The translations under genes were made by a program, and so were the position numbers. A DNA stretch of 64,000 nt from Leucoraja ocellata (lineage: Eukaryota), in NCBI GenBank assembly GCA_036785375.1, contig JAWMAR010000062.1, positions 7,440,001 through 7,504,000 on the forward strand, read 5' to 3'. The notes under the pieces were generated by a model. The model did not search any database and was not told the origin of the DNA. It worked only from the letters and a program-made list of their open reading frames with translations. Shown here in pieces: positions 37,051 to 49,260 of the stretch. How positions within the stretch are numbered: the first letter of the stretch is position 1; every line of letters starts with the position of its first letter.

Positions 37051-38749
37051 TGACCAATAAAGGTATGAATCATTTCTGGAACACACTGTGGACACGAGCC
37101 AGAATATCTGGTGATTTATAGAAATTCTCAAGTCCTATGTGCAACTGAACTCAAGTCTATCTGCCAATCTGTTCATTCACATCCATGCATTTGACATCAA
37201 GGGCCATAATGACAATCAATGGGACAGGGCCCAGCTTATTCAACTGATCTTATGAAGGGTTTCCTGTTAAAAGCTTCTGTTTTGCAGATAAAGCAGATAA
37301 GGCCCTTATCATCTGGCCATGTGGAAATAAAAAGCAATAAAAATTGACACTCCTGCATGCCAAATACAGAAGAGCAAACTAAAGGACTTTGAAATAGAGA
37401 TGTATCATTCAACCAGGTAGGACAGCATCTGTATAGAGGAAAAACTGAATCAACTTTTTAAGACAAAGATCGTTCATCAGTACTGATAGAAAATAACATG
37501 AACATTTAGCAGAAAAGTATCGTACAGTGTATGTGCATTCAGCAACCGAGTGAAAGGCCTTTGGTGCTTCCCACACGAATATAAACCTGTCATTAGGGTT
37601 TCAGAAGTAGCAGAAGATCGAAATAAAAAGAAAACATAAAATACTGGAGTAACTCAGCGGGTCTGGCAGCATCTATGGGGAACATGAACAAATTACGTTT
37701 TGGGTCATGACCTTCTGAGTTCTCACAGTGACGTGCTTAGTTTAGAAAACAAATATAGCATAGAGCAACTGAGATTAGAATGCTGGTGAAGGACAAGAAA
37801 TGGTTCTGTCCATATCTATTGCATAGAGATGATACCAGTTTTGCCCTGCTAATTGTAAGAACATTTGACTTTTGTGGTACTGAAATCATGCTTGTGGAAT
37901 GCTGCTCGGTGAAATTACTGTTTTAGGAACCATAGATTAGGCTGGTAAAGGATCCAACCTGAAACATTGTCTGTCTACTTAATTCCGCATAGGCAGCCTA
38001 ACTTGCTAAGTGGTTGATCCGTTTGGTTTTCTGCATTCAAATAAACGTCCCATATATATTAAATGCAGGAAAACGAAAGATCAATCTGAAGGACATGGGT
38101 CAAACGCACGCAGATGGGACTAGCTTAGATGTACTTTTTAGTCAGCATGAACTTGTGGGCTGAGGGTTGGGCAGAAGCGCCTATTCCTGTCCTGTACGAC
38201 TATGATTATGTATTTAATACTTCAGTAAAGGATCAACACCTTCATGAAAGATCAGTATAGCACGTAGTTGCCTCTGAATTGTCAGCTTGATCACAGTAGT
38301 GATGTTGACATCCTGTTGGAAGATCATATGAAAACAGTAACAAAAAGCAATACAATTTATATATCAAGCTGCAGCAGTGTTTGTGAAATAATTCAACTGG
38401 ACATTTTGAGGAATACATCTTTAATTCACTTTTATTCCGACTGTCTCATTGCAACATAAAAAAAACAGCAAACGTGACAAAATATGTAAAGCAAAAACTT
38501 CAATAAGAATTTTCTGTAAAAACAGAATCTACAAACAAGAAAAAATATTGGGTTTTCAAAGGGCTCCTGCTATTAACCAATAGTGGACTAAGGAAGTCCA
38601 AAACTAAGTCCTAAACTTAGGTAGTGGCAATGGCTTTCAGCAGTTTTTAATTTCCGTAGTGGGTAATGTTAAACATACCTTAACCCTCTCAACATTCAAC
38701 CTGACTCTTGGAGCCACTAAAGAACACAATTGCTTCACAGAGTGCATTT

Positions 38750-38846
38750 CAATAGACAATAGGTTCAGGAGTAGGCCATTCGGCCCTTCGAGCCAGCACC
38801 GCCATTCACTGTGATCATGGCTGATCATCCACACTCAGTACCCCGT
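38750..38846 (-). mobile_element. CR1 3' tail fragment
   Basis: Nearly identical to 41747-41842. Confidence 0.85.
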
Positions 38847-39656
38847 TTATTTTTTATCACTTTGCAAATAAATCATGTTTTCATGTTTATCACTTTGGAA
38901 TAAACCTTGACATATCCCAGTTAGTCTTTACCTTCCAAACTTATTGGTGTTTGTTGAACTATTCATAAATGTCTAAGCTACAGCGCAAGAAAGAGCTGCT
39001 TCTGCCAACATAGTTCTGAGGAGATACGTGCTAATAAAAATAATATAGAACAATTTCAAGCCTAACTATTTTTTAAGATGCTAGCTTCTATCTACATCTA
39101 TATATACATAACTAAAACTCTGATCTTGTGCTCTACCGATTTGCGAGGTTTTTCTATTTGTGCAAAAACTGTTTGCGATAGTGCTATGATATTTTGCCAG
39201 GTTAGTTAGCATTCACATGTGCTGTGAGTGCAACAAGTTTCATTCCAATCGGTGGTGTATTGTAAAAGGTATCGATGTTTAAAAATCTTAATAACCACGC
39301 TGCGCAGATTTCTTCGGTAAGCGCCATTCAATTGGTCTATTTTCCTGTCAGTCAATGCCACGACCGGGATGGTGACGCCCCTTCCTGCCCCACCAGTGGC
39401 GGTCTGTCCCCCTTCACTCACAAATTACACTCTCCCCTCCTCACAGTAACTTGTCTATCGTCTCCCCCCGCCACCGACGATAGCCACGGGGGGCGTTCAG
39501 TGGAGGTTCAGTGGAGGTCCAGTGGAGGGCCTTGTCCCGTCTCTCTCTCCCTCATCACTCACCCCTCTCCCCCGCCCACCCTCTGCGGCCATGGCGGTCC
39601 CGTCTACCCATCTCCCCGGTTCCGGCTCCTCCGCCGCCGCCGTTGCGGTAACTCAC

Positions 39657-39736
39657 CCTCACGGCGAGTTGGAGGAGATCTTCTCCACCAGCTCATCAAA
39701 ACACATGGTGCCCACTGTGACGAACACCGACTCCAC
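39657..39736 (-). pseudogene. ALG13: Captured ALG13 exon 1 fragment (UDP-GlcNAc transferase N-terminus)
   Basis: (V)ESVFVTVGTMCFDELVEKISSN-S-AVR|GTGAGT versus recalled human MKCVFVTVGTTSFDDLIACVSAPDSLQ; 80 nt versus 27 codons; GTG in place of ATG and a 1-nt deletion. Confidence 0.82.
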
Positions 39737-39943
39737 CCCCCCCCCCCCCCCCCCCCGCTGCAGCAGTGAGCAGGCAGGCAAGGGCTGAGCGGCAGCCGCA
39801 GACGGGCGGGTAGGGCAGGATGGGCCAAGTGGCAGCAGCAGGTGGAAGGACAGGATGGGCCGAGCGGCGGCTGAGCCCGAGTGAGGGAGGGAGGGAGAGT
39901 TGGGTTGCAGGGTGCCCGAGCAGTTTGCGTGGAGTTTGAGTAA

Positions 39944-40075
39944 TGGGCCTGTCCCGCTTGGGCGATTTTTCAGTGGTCTGCTGGTGACTGTCAAGTTGCC
40001 GGCAGTCGTCTGAGAAACCGGGAACTGGAAAGGCGACTGTCAGAGTGGAATACATACACACACACACACTTGCAT
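39944..40075. mobile_element. PIF/Harbinger MITE left end
   Basis: TAA|TGGGCCTGTCCCGCTTGGGCGATTTTT. Confidence 0.7.
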
Positions 40076-40504
40076 TGTTTTTCTATTTGCGCAAAAATGG
40101 TACATGATAGTGCTATGATTTTTCGCCACCTTACCATTCTCCTGTGCTGCAAGTGCAATAAGTTTTGTTCCGATCGATTTGCGATCTATATATAATTCTG
40201 ATCTTGTTATCTTCCAGTTTGCGTTGTCTTTCTATTTGCACAAAAAATGGTACATGATAGCACCACAGTCACCGGCGGCTGTCAGTCACTGACGGCGCCC
40301 GCCTCACCCGGCGCCTGAGTCGGTCAGCAGCGGCCAGAGGGGATGGTCACAGTTGCCGGAGGGCACAGCCACAGCCACCGGAGGACGCAGCCCACAGCGA
40401 GGAGAATATCCCAACGTGAAAGGGTAAGATGAAGGAGCGGAGTGAGTACTGGTTTATCACGTCTGTCGATTTGGTTCATGATATACATGCATAAGGGAGC
40501 ATGC

Positions 40505-41270
40505 TCTGGAAGTGGCGGCGCTGCCATGCAGCTGCGGCTCGCGTGCAGTCCATCTGTCTTTTCCTTTCTTTGTGTTCTTTCGTCTTGTTGGACGTATGTT
40601 TTAGTTTATTTTTAGTTGTGTTTGTGTGGGGGGGTGGGGGAACTTGTTTTAGTGTCTTCCTTCATGAGGATGCAACCTTTTCTTTGTCGTATCCTCGTCT
40701 CCGTCTCCGTCTGCGCTGAGGCCTAGTCGCGGAGCTGGCGGCCTCCAAATGGGATCGACCTCGAGTCTCCGGAGGCAGAGCCAGGACTCACCATCGCGAA
40801 GCTGGCCGACTTCGGGGCTGTGGTGGCGCTGCGGTGGTGGCCTGACCTCGGAGCCTCGGAGGCTTTGGCCATAAGCCCAGTGGACGATAATATCGGGAGC
40901 TCGCAGGGAGCTCGCAGGTCCCAAGTTGGTGACCGATTCTCCGGAGCTCCCGCAACAACAGTTTCATCCACTGGACTGGAGGGTGGCAGCTTCGTCCGCC
41001 CCGGGCTGCGGCATTTGAACCGGCCCTTTCGCGGAGCTCGGATTCGGCCGCAGGACTTACCATCACCCGGCGGGGGGCCCAACATCGAAAGCCTGGATCG
41101 CCTCGACACAGAGTGAGAACAAGGAAGGAAGAGATAAAGACTTTAAGACTTTTGCCTTCCATCACAACGAGGAGGTTCCTGGTAGACTCACTGTGGTGGA
41201 TGTTAAACTGTGTTCATTGTGTGTCTGTTATTTTATTCTCTGTCATGACTGCAAGGTACACAATTTCATA
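40505..41270 (+). mobile_element. GC-rich non-autonomous retroelement, longest copy
   Basis: Starts GGAAGTGGCGGCG; its 3' part is shared with 33400-33525; no credible ORF. Confidence 0.6.
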
Positions 41271-41746
41271 AGCTTTATACTTTATAGCTTTATACTTTAT
41301 TTAAAAGTACCACAGTTTGTGGTGCATAATTTGCAGGAGAAATTGTTAGCATGGGGATGGATTTCCTGTTGCCTGCCGGGCAGCTTGGGCTGTCCATCAG
41401 CGGCTGCGCGTGATATTCATGTGCGATTAGGAGACCGGGGGAGTGCAAGGAGCATGATTAGACATTGCCAGCCATCTCTGTGGGCACTCTGCTGGCCAGC
41501 TGCAGGTAATTAACCCGGGTGTCCCATGTCCAATGGGATAGATTTGCCAGTATTGATGGGGTGGCGGGAGCCTTTTCCGAGCGACTGTGAGCGATCTAGT
41601 GGATGTGAATGGATATGCCAGTGCCCGCTATCTTGTGTGTTGTCCATTAGAACAATGATCAGCCATTTTTTAAATGTACTTCATTGGCTGCGGGTCATGT
41701 TCTGAGGTGATGAACAAATGCTTAATAAATGCATATTATTTTACAC

Positions 41747-42405
41747 AATAGACAATAGGTTCAGGAGTAGGCCATTCGGCCCTTCGAGCCAGCACCGTCA
41801 TTCAATGTGATCATGGCTGATCATCCACAATCAGTACCCCGTTCCTGCTTTCTCCCCATATCCCCCGACTCCGCTATCTTTAAGAGCCCTATCTAGCTCT
41901 CTCTTGAAAGTATGCAGAGAACCGGCTTCCACTGGTCTCCAGCACCCTCTGAGGCAGAGAATTCAACAGACTCATAATTCTGTGTGTGAAAAAGTGTTTC
42001 CTCATCTCCATTCTAAATGACTTACCCCTTATTCTTATACTATGGCCCCTGGTTCTGGACTCCCCCAACTTTGAGAATATATTTCCTGCCTCTAGCATGT
42101 CTATACAAGCCCAGCCGCTCCATTCTCTCAGCATATGACAGTCCCGCCATCCCGGGATTTAACCTTGTGAACCTACGCGGCACTCCCTCAATAGCAAGAA
42201 TGTCCTTCCTCAAATTTGGAGACCAAAACTGCACACAATACTCCAGGTGTGGTCTCACTGAGGCTTACCTGCATGCTTACTTTCATTGACTGATGAACAA
42301 AGACCCCCAGATCCTGTTGTACTTCCCCTTTTCCAAACTTGACACCATTTAGATAATAATCTGCTTTCCTGTTTTTGCTACAAAAGTGGATAACCTCACA
42401 TGTAT
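41747..42405 (-). mobile_element. CR1 LINE 3' fragment
   Basis: RPHLEYCVQFWSPNLRKDILAIEGV...; internal deletions. Confidence 0.92.
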
Positions 42406-43049
42406 TTGTTTTTGTACATAATGGCTAATCTGTAATTCACTTCTATTCCTTAATACAATAAATAATGTTCTTGATTATTAAACGTTGTCTGGTTTGGATC
42501 AAACAGCGATGGGAGTGATCTAAGAATGCTGCTGACCACAATTCCCCATATAAATTCCCAACAGACAAATCCCAACTCCATCTTGACTTGTCACAATTGG
42601 ATAATCTGCTCACCTTTCAAAACAAGCTACGGGAATTTCCATGGTCCCAACAAACCTCTGCTGTTATTCAGATAGATGATTGTTGGGAAATGGCACATGC
42701 AGTGGTTATTAACCATTGACAATAATTCACAGCATGGTTATTTTATGATCAAGATGTTAGCATTTAACATATTTCTTCTCGGGTTATGTTAAATATAAAA
42801 GAGAGCAAAGTTTTATCAAGAAATTAGTCCATCAGTATGTAGGTAATGCACTTGGTGAAAACAATTCAGTTGGTGAACCTCCAAAAAAGTCCAAGATGAA
42901 GAAGGTCTTTGATCTTTTGGAAGTGAGGAAGTCCGCTAGAGAAATTGAATATTTTAACATTTTATTTGATATCAAGTGCATCCCATTGTAAACTTTATCT
43001 AGAAATAAAAGCTGCAGATGCTGGTTAATACAGAAAAGGACCCTTCAGA

Positions 43050-43080
43050 CTGAAGAAGATTCTTGACCCGAAACGTCACC
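43050..43080 (+). ncRNA. Minimal type I hammerhead-like motif in a Penelope-type terminus (43003-43140)
   Basis: CTGAAGA (43050)...GAAA (43070) C GTC; core intact, stems I and II imperfect. Confidence 0.5.
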
Positions 43081-43654
43081 TATCCGTGTTCTCCAAATAT
43101 GCTGCCTGACCTGCTGAGTTACTTCAGCACTTTATGTCCTTCATTGTAATCTTTCTATCTTCATAAAGATATTTAGCTGCTATCTTCTCCAATATAGTTT
43201 TCTAAAAACTTGTATTGTCAAAAGAAATATATACTAAAAGATGAATATTTAACCGGTTGGTAAGAAGTCCCCTGTCTTGGCAATTTATTTAGGATGTTAT
43301 CCTTTTTAAAATATTAAGCTCTTCTCTGTGTCAAATAGTGGTGAAAGCAAAGATACACTGGGATCTATCCTTTGTATACAACGCAAACTAACACTCCCAA
43401 TGAGGTTATTAATGCTGAAGAAAACAAAACATCATTTTCCTCACTAGAATAAATTAGGTTACCCAGAAATAAGGAAATATTATATCCAGTGGTCTCAATA
43501 GTGTTCCAATGGACCTGCTGCATTTCCTAATTTTTTCCATTACACTTTATTGTCAACATGTTCTCATGATTTGCACCTTGGTGAGGTATACGGCCCACTG
43601 TATGACACACAGTTTATTGGAAATCATGATTTTTCCAATTCATGCCATTACTTA

Positions 43655-43880
43655 CTTTTGATTTTGATTCCTTTTATTGTCATTCAGACCTTTCGTTCTG
43701 AATGAAATTTCGTTGCCTGCAGTCATACACAATAATAATAAATAACAAAACATACAATAAACACAACTTAACATCCAGCACAGTGAGTTCACCAAGCACC
43801 TCCTCACTGTGATGGAGGCAAAAGTCTTAGTCTCTGTCTCTTCCCTCCTTGTTCTCCCTCTGCGCTGAGGCGACACAGGC
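43655..43880 (-). mobile_element. GC-rich non-autonomous retroelement 3' fragment
   Basis: Reverse complement of 33380-33560; ctctgcgctgaggc is also seen at ~40710. Confidence 0.6.
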
Positions 43881-44399
43881 CAACAGACTCCAAGATGTTA
43901 CATGTGTTGATGGCAAGATAATTGATCATTCTTATCATGCTGTTCACAGTTAAAATCAATGCTGCTTAGGATTTCTGTTGATTAATGGCAGTGTTTATGC
44001 CAAAGCCAGTTAGTCTATGAAATAATAATACTGGTGAACCAGCCAGACCTAATTTATTACTCAAAACTTGGGTCTTAAGATCTTTAAACATATTTTCCAT
44101 TTGCCCTGAGCTAATTTGCTTAGTTCCCTGTGACTTCAAGTCCAGTTGAAAACAGAGAGGTCTAAAACACAGCCAATTCCCTATCACCTAATTTTAAAAT
44201 TCATGTAGCACACAAACTCAAAATGTTTGCCACTGACTGATCTATTCTAAAAGACTTGCTGAGACCTATCCTGTATCAGATCACGCTATATTAAACAATA
44301 CAAGGCAGCTTTTCAAACACTATGATGATTTTCCAATGAATGTATCATTTGATACCATATAAATAGTCAACTACCAACTCGACCAGTTAATGCTACAAT

Positions 44400-44620
44400 G
44401 AACATAGAAATGTACAGCAGGGGAATGGGCCCCTTGGTCCACAATGTCTGTGCCGAATATGATGCCAAGATAAACTAATCTCATCTGCCTACGTGTGATC
44501 TATGTCCCTCTATTACCTGCATATCCATGTGCCTATCTAAAAGGGTCTCGATTATCTATCGTATCTGCTTCCACCACCATCTCTGGCAACACATTCCATG
44601 TAACCACCACCCTTTGCGAA
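44400..44620 (-). mobile_element. CR1 3' UTR fragment
   Basis: Similar to 55765-56000 and 5885-5965. Confidence 0.65.
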
Positions 44621-44944
44621 ATATGCATTTGGAACTATTATTATGCTCAACTGTTCTTTCAAAGTGTAACTAACTGTTGATGCAAGAAGAGAGATATTTT
44701 TATTGCATAATGATGAGATCTTTTTATTTCAGTCAAAATACCAATGAGGTAGAGGAACTATTCCACGTTATGATGCCTAAATGCAGCAGCACCAGAATAG
44801 GTCCTCAGATTTCTGACAAACAATGAAGTCTAAGGATAAGGGACAGCAGGTTAGTGCAGCTGAAGACTGGTAACAAATGGGTTTTCTGTCTCCAAACTGT
44901 CTTCGTGGGTTTTCTGTCTCTGATTCTTCTGATTACAAAGAAAC

Positions 44945-45180
44945 TGACCAACCCAAAACGTCACCTATTCCTTTCTCCAGAAATGCTGCCTGACCCGTTG
45001 AGCTACTCCAGCATTTTGTGTCTATGATTTTTCTGACACTTATTTGGTGTCAGGGGCTTTGGGGAGAAGGCAGGAGAATGGGGTTAGGAGGGAGAGATAG
45101 ATCAGCCATGATTGAATGGCGGAGTAGACTTGATGGGCTGAATGGCGTCATTCTGCTCCTATCACTTATGTCTTATGACT
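44945..45180 (+). mobile_element. Penelope-type terminus followed by a CR1 3' tail
   Basis: acccaaaacgtcacctattc... then gatcagccatgattgaatggcgg. Confidence 0.65.
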
Positions 45181-45879
45181 TATTGAGCAATAGGTCCCAC
45201 CAGGTATCAGTTATGTACCTAGACATTTGAACTAGTGCAAGAAGGATGATGTAGCTGATTCTGGAGCTGGGGTAGACAGACAGAAAAAAATGAATGCACA
45301 ACCATGTTATGCCTAATTTCACTTTAATGGCTGACCATTTGTGCCCATCAAAATAGTAAGATTAAACGAGAACTTACCAGTTTGAAGTTTGATCTTTATT
45401 TTATGAGGAGTTACGATGAGGGATTACGTGAAGACCCTGCCAGCACGCATGCGCGACATTCGTCAAAGTAGCAGTGTGAAATCACAGACAACAGTAGATG
45501 AAATAAACATAGTAAGATAAGAAGAACTAGAATACCAGTTGATCTTTATGATAGAGGGCGGGAGCGGAGGGCACGTAATCCATCATCGTAACTCCTCATA
45601 AAATAAAGTTCCAACTTCAAACTGGTAAGCTCGTTTAATCTTACTATTTTACTCCGGAGTCACGTGAGTGACTACATGAAGATTTAAAAGATCTGTGATT
45701 TCATGCCGTGGAAAGAGTCCATGCTTCACTCACTGCCTTAGTTGACCAGGGAAGGAAGTATGTTATCGTATTCAGACATGAATAATGACAATAGTAACCT
45801 CCCTCACCCGGGAGGAACTATGAGCAGAACTTAACATAGAGTTCGTAAATACCCCCCCCCCCCCCCCAATCTGGCAATA

Positions 45880-46200
45880 GGTTAGTACTAAATGTGTGGA
45901 AAATTGCTAGATTGACCATCCTGCAACCGCTAGGATGTGGTCCAGCTAACTTCCATAACCCTGCTGCTGAGGTTGTTACAACCTTGGTGGAGTGATTTGA
46001 AATGTCAGTATTTACTCCTGTATAAGCCAGACCCATAACCACCTGAAGATGGTCTGAAGTGATACCTTCTTTTGACGCTAGATGTAACTAACAATATTGC
46101 TAGTTCAGAGTCTCTAATCTCTAGTGATCTAACATTCTGGTGTAGAAGTGTGACCATACACAATCGAAGGTTCATGGGATATGTGAACATCTAGTTTGAG
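45880..46200 (-). pseudogene. DIRS tyrosine recombinase C-terminal remnant
   Basis: TGVNTDISNHSTKVVTTSAA (HSTR box) then, after a frameshift, LDHILAVAGWS. Confidence 0.8.
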
Positions 46201-46783
46201 GTCTGGTGCCCCTGGTCTACACTGCTTGACTAATTCATAACATGTGTTATTTAGCCTGCAGATATAATCATCCTATCCAGTCAACGTTTATGTAATGACT
46301 GGACCCGTAGTGCTGCATGCAGGGCTATGAGCATAACCACTTATAAGTGAGTTAGCCCAAGGACAGGGATGTAGCTGGAGCCCTTCAGCGAAGTGACGTA
46401 GCACAACGTTAACACCCCATATCTCTGCGTCCCTAGGCCTGGGAGTTTTCGAGTTGCAGATTTCCTTCATAATCTAGAGGTCAGACGGTGACCCCCCCAG
46501 AGTGGATTCTACTCCTCCCAGCCAGATGATGAAGCACTTAGGTATGTAGATGGCACTTTAGACATCATGATTTGTCAAGCATATGAGCCTGAACTACAAG
46601 ACGTCAGTCATCCGTGCCGAATATGTAATATAATTATAAAACAAATACCTCCCATCTCCTTATGAGGAAATATTGATATTTTTTGGTGCCATCCCTGCGA
46701 TCTGCAGGAAGCACGTTCATGGTTGGTTTAACAACCCCAGCCACAGGAACGGTCTTCTCAATCTCTGTAAGTCAGATAATTGA

Positions 46784-47925
46784 TTACATCATGCTGAGGA
46801 CGGTTTCCCGCATCACGGATAGACCAATACTTGTGTCTAGAATAACCATATGTGGTTTTATCATTCCCCACATCAGTGGGAACCATGGGTGGCTAAGCCC
46901 GGCAGGCACTATAAAAATGCCTGAGGCGGGAACTTGCTGAATTTTGCAAACCCGTCTGATGAGGCAGAAATGGAGGAAGACATAAAAGAACATTCCTCCT
47001 TAATGTAGCTAGAATTTAACCAACACTACCGATATGTCACATATTTTCCACTGGTGATTGAGCCTGGATGCAAGCTTCTTGGTCTTTAATGTTCACAATG
47101 TATTTTAATACTTTGTGATCCAACACCCATATTGTGTACCGTAATGAGGTTTCGGTAAACTATCACCGGATATTTTGACTTGTTTGCACCCATGTAAACA
47201 GACATTTGCCACTACCGAAGTGTATCAACTTGGACTAGAGCATGCAGATTAGGCATATTCGCATAACCCTTTAATCCACAGAATGCACCCAGTGTCTATA
47301 GGTAGTTGATACCATGTAACTGAGGAATTGGTAACTCTCCCATCCACATCTGTAACTAGATGGCATGAGCAATTTCTCATCCTGAACAATAGCATCAGTT
47401 TGTAATTTAACTGAAGATTTACTGATTTAGTGGAATAGCATAGAGCTGGTAACAATGACCACATGGTACTTGAATGCTTACTTCTTTTGCATGCTGTATA
47501 GTTCTGATTGTGCAAAGGCCTAAATAGCACAGCTGTAAGCCAATTATACTTGATGAACAGAAGGTTGCTTGATCAGTTTTGTTACGGGCTTCAATTAATT
47601 CCAATCCCTTACCTCAGGGCGGAGTCCCAGACGATTAAATAGAGTTAAAGGTAATCCCAATCATCAATAAATTCAGTTGGTATCAATTTAAATGTATCTG
47701 GACTGATGAGAACCCAATTTCTCAAATTGGTTTTGTGGCTGATACAGCTAATTTAGCAAAATACAACGTTTAATCTCATCCAGATAGTTCTTAACAATAT
47801 TTTTTAACTCTGAGCAGCCGAAGCACTCATTTAGTAAATAACCTGGGAACTGAAGTTAACCTATTTTACAATGTTTTAAATGTATCATTGCCCCATCCAG
47901 TTAAATTTCAGATATTTCCGGTGCC
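46784..47925 (-). pseudogene. DIRS RT-RNaseH-MT-like remnant
   Basis: HRKYLKFNWMGQ (47888-47923), LTSVPRLFTK, YLDE (47775-47786), LASRLNHQ, FYVFLHFCLIRRVCKI...PWFP; many frameshifts. Confidence 0.8.
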
Positions 47926-48619
47926 CTGTGAATGAAGCTGACCCCATGGGAATTAATAGTCACAAAGTTTCAATGTCTATACTGCACATGCGAGTTGGGT
48001 TTGTTGATAATAAACAGGCCTCATTTGTCATAATAGCGAGCCTGCCTAAAGAGGCAACTCCAGCCATATTCCTAGACTGTCTCGCTTGTACTGTGCAGTA
48101 TAAACTATCTCATCCAACCTTCTTGTAAATGGTCCACAACCCCACGTTTCGGAAAGAACCAGACCCACCTACCGTCATGGCTACCGGTGGCTTTATGGTA
48201 AGCACAAAAGGCCCCCGATGTGGGATTGATTTCCATCCTTGATTGGAGCGTAGGGCTGCTGGTGTATGTGGACCCATGTCTTTCCAGGTGCATGGTAACT
48301 CACAGCGGGTACCTGTTCCTCGGTCATGCTTCCGAGTTCAGAGTCAGTTGCCAACTGACTCGTCGCACTCACCTTTGCAGAAGGGAGTTTTGTAGGCAGC
48401 CCTGAAAAGGGTGCTGCCACAGGCTCTCGAGGAGACCTGCGCTGATATGGCCCTCCCTGGCCAATTAGGATGGGTAAAACGTCCGAGGACGAACCCATAT
48501 CAGAGGGGCCCTCCTGGCTTGACTTCAGTCTAGGCCTTTCAGTCTCCTGTTTTAGCTCTTACCCTCCTCGGGCAGCGGAGTCTGAGTTCGCCGCCGGCTA
48601 CCCGCTCTTCTGCGGTCAT

Positions 48620-49260
48620 AGCCGTCTCTTCCACACGGTCCCCGTAGCTGGGGTGTCCCCCAAGCATGGTTCTACCCGCGGTCTTCCACACGGTCCCCGT
48701 GGCTGAGGGTTCCCCCATGCACGGATCTACCCGCAGCTTTTGCACGGTCCCCGTAGCAGAGGTTTCCCCCAAGCACGGTTCTACCCATGTTCTTCGCAAG
48801 GTCCCTGTAGCTTGGTTATCTTCAGTCTTCCCATGGCCCCCGAGGCTGGGTTATCCCCAGTCTTCCCGCGGTCCCTGAAACTGGGTTATCCATGGTTTTC
48901 CCACGGTCCACGAGGCTGGGTTATCCCCAGTCTTCCCACGGTCCCTGAAGCTGGGTTATTCGTGGTCTTCCCACGGTCCCTGAAGCTGGGTTACCCGTGG
49001 TTTTCCCGTGGTCTCTGAAGTCGGATTATCCGTGGTTTCCCGTGGTCTCTGAAGTCGGGTTACCTGTGGTTTTCCCGTGGCCTCCAAAGTCGGGTTACCT
49101 GCAGTCTTCCCGTGGTCTCCGAAGTCGGGTACCCGCGGTCTTGGAGAACAGGTTACCCGCGGTCTTCCCGCGGTTTTGGAGAACGGATTACCCGCTGTCT
49201 TCCCCCGGTCCCGGAAGGCAGGTTACCTGCAGTCTTCTGAGGTTCCGTGGTCCCCGCAGC
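48620..49260. repeat. GC-rich minisatellites (55-bp then ~31-bp units) inside the DIRS 5' region
   Basis: cttccacacggtcc at 48628 and 48683; recurring ggtccctgaagctgggtta units. Confidence 0.85.

Larger units (their letters stand above)
39097..40500 (+). mobile_element. Helitron-like element, family C, with reiterated 5' modules and captured GC-rich segments
   Basis: A|TCTATATATACATAACTAAAACTCTGATCTTG start like families A and B; the module recurs at ~40078 and ~40185; 3' end not found. Confidence 0.6.

Noticed and set aside
39657-39736. Functional ALG13 gene at this locus
   Set aside because: No ATG, a 1-nt frameshift, no further ALG13 exons recognised, and it is embedded in repeat modules.
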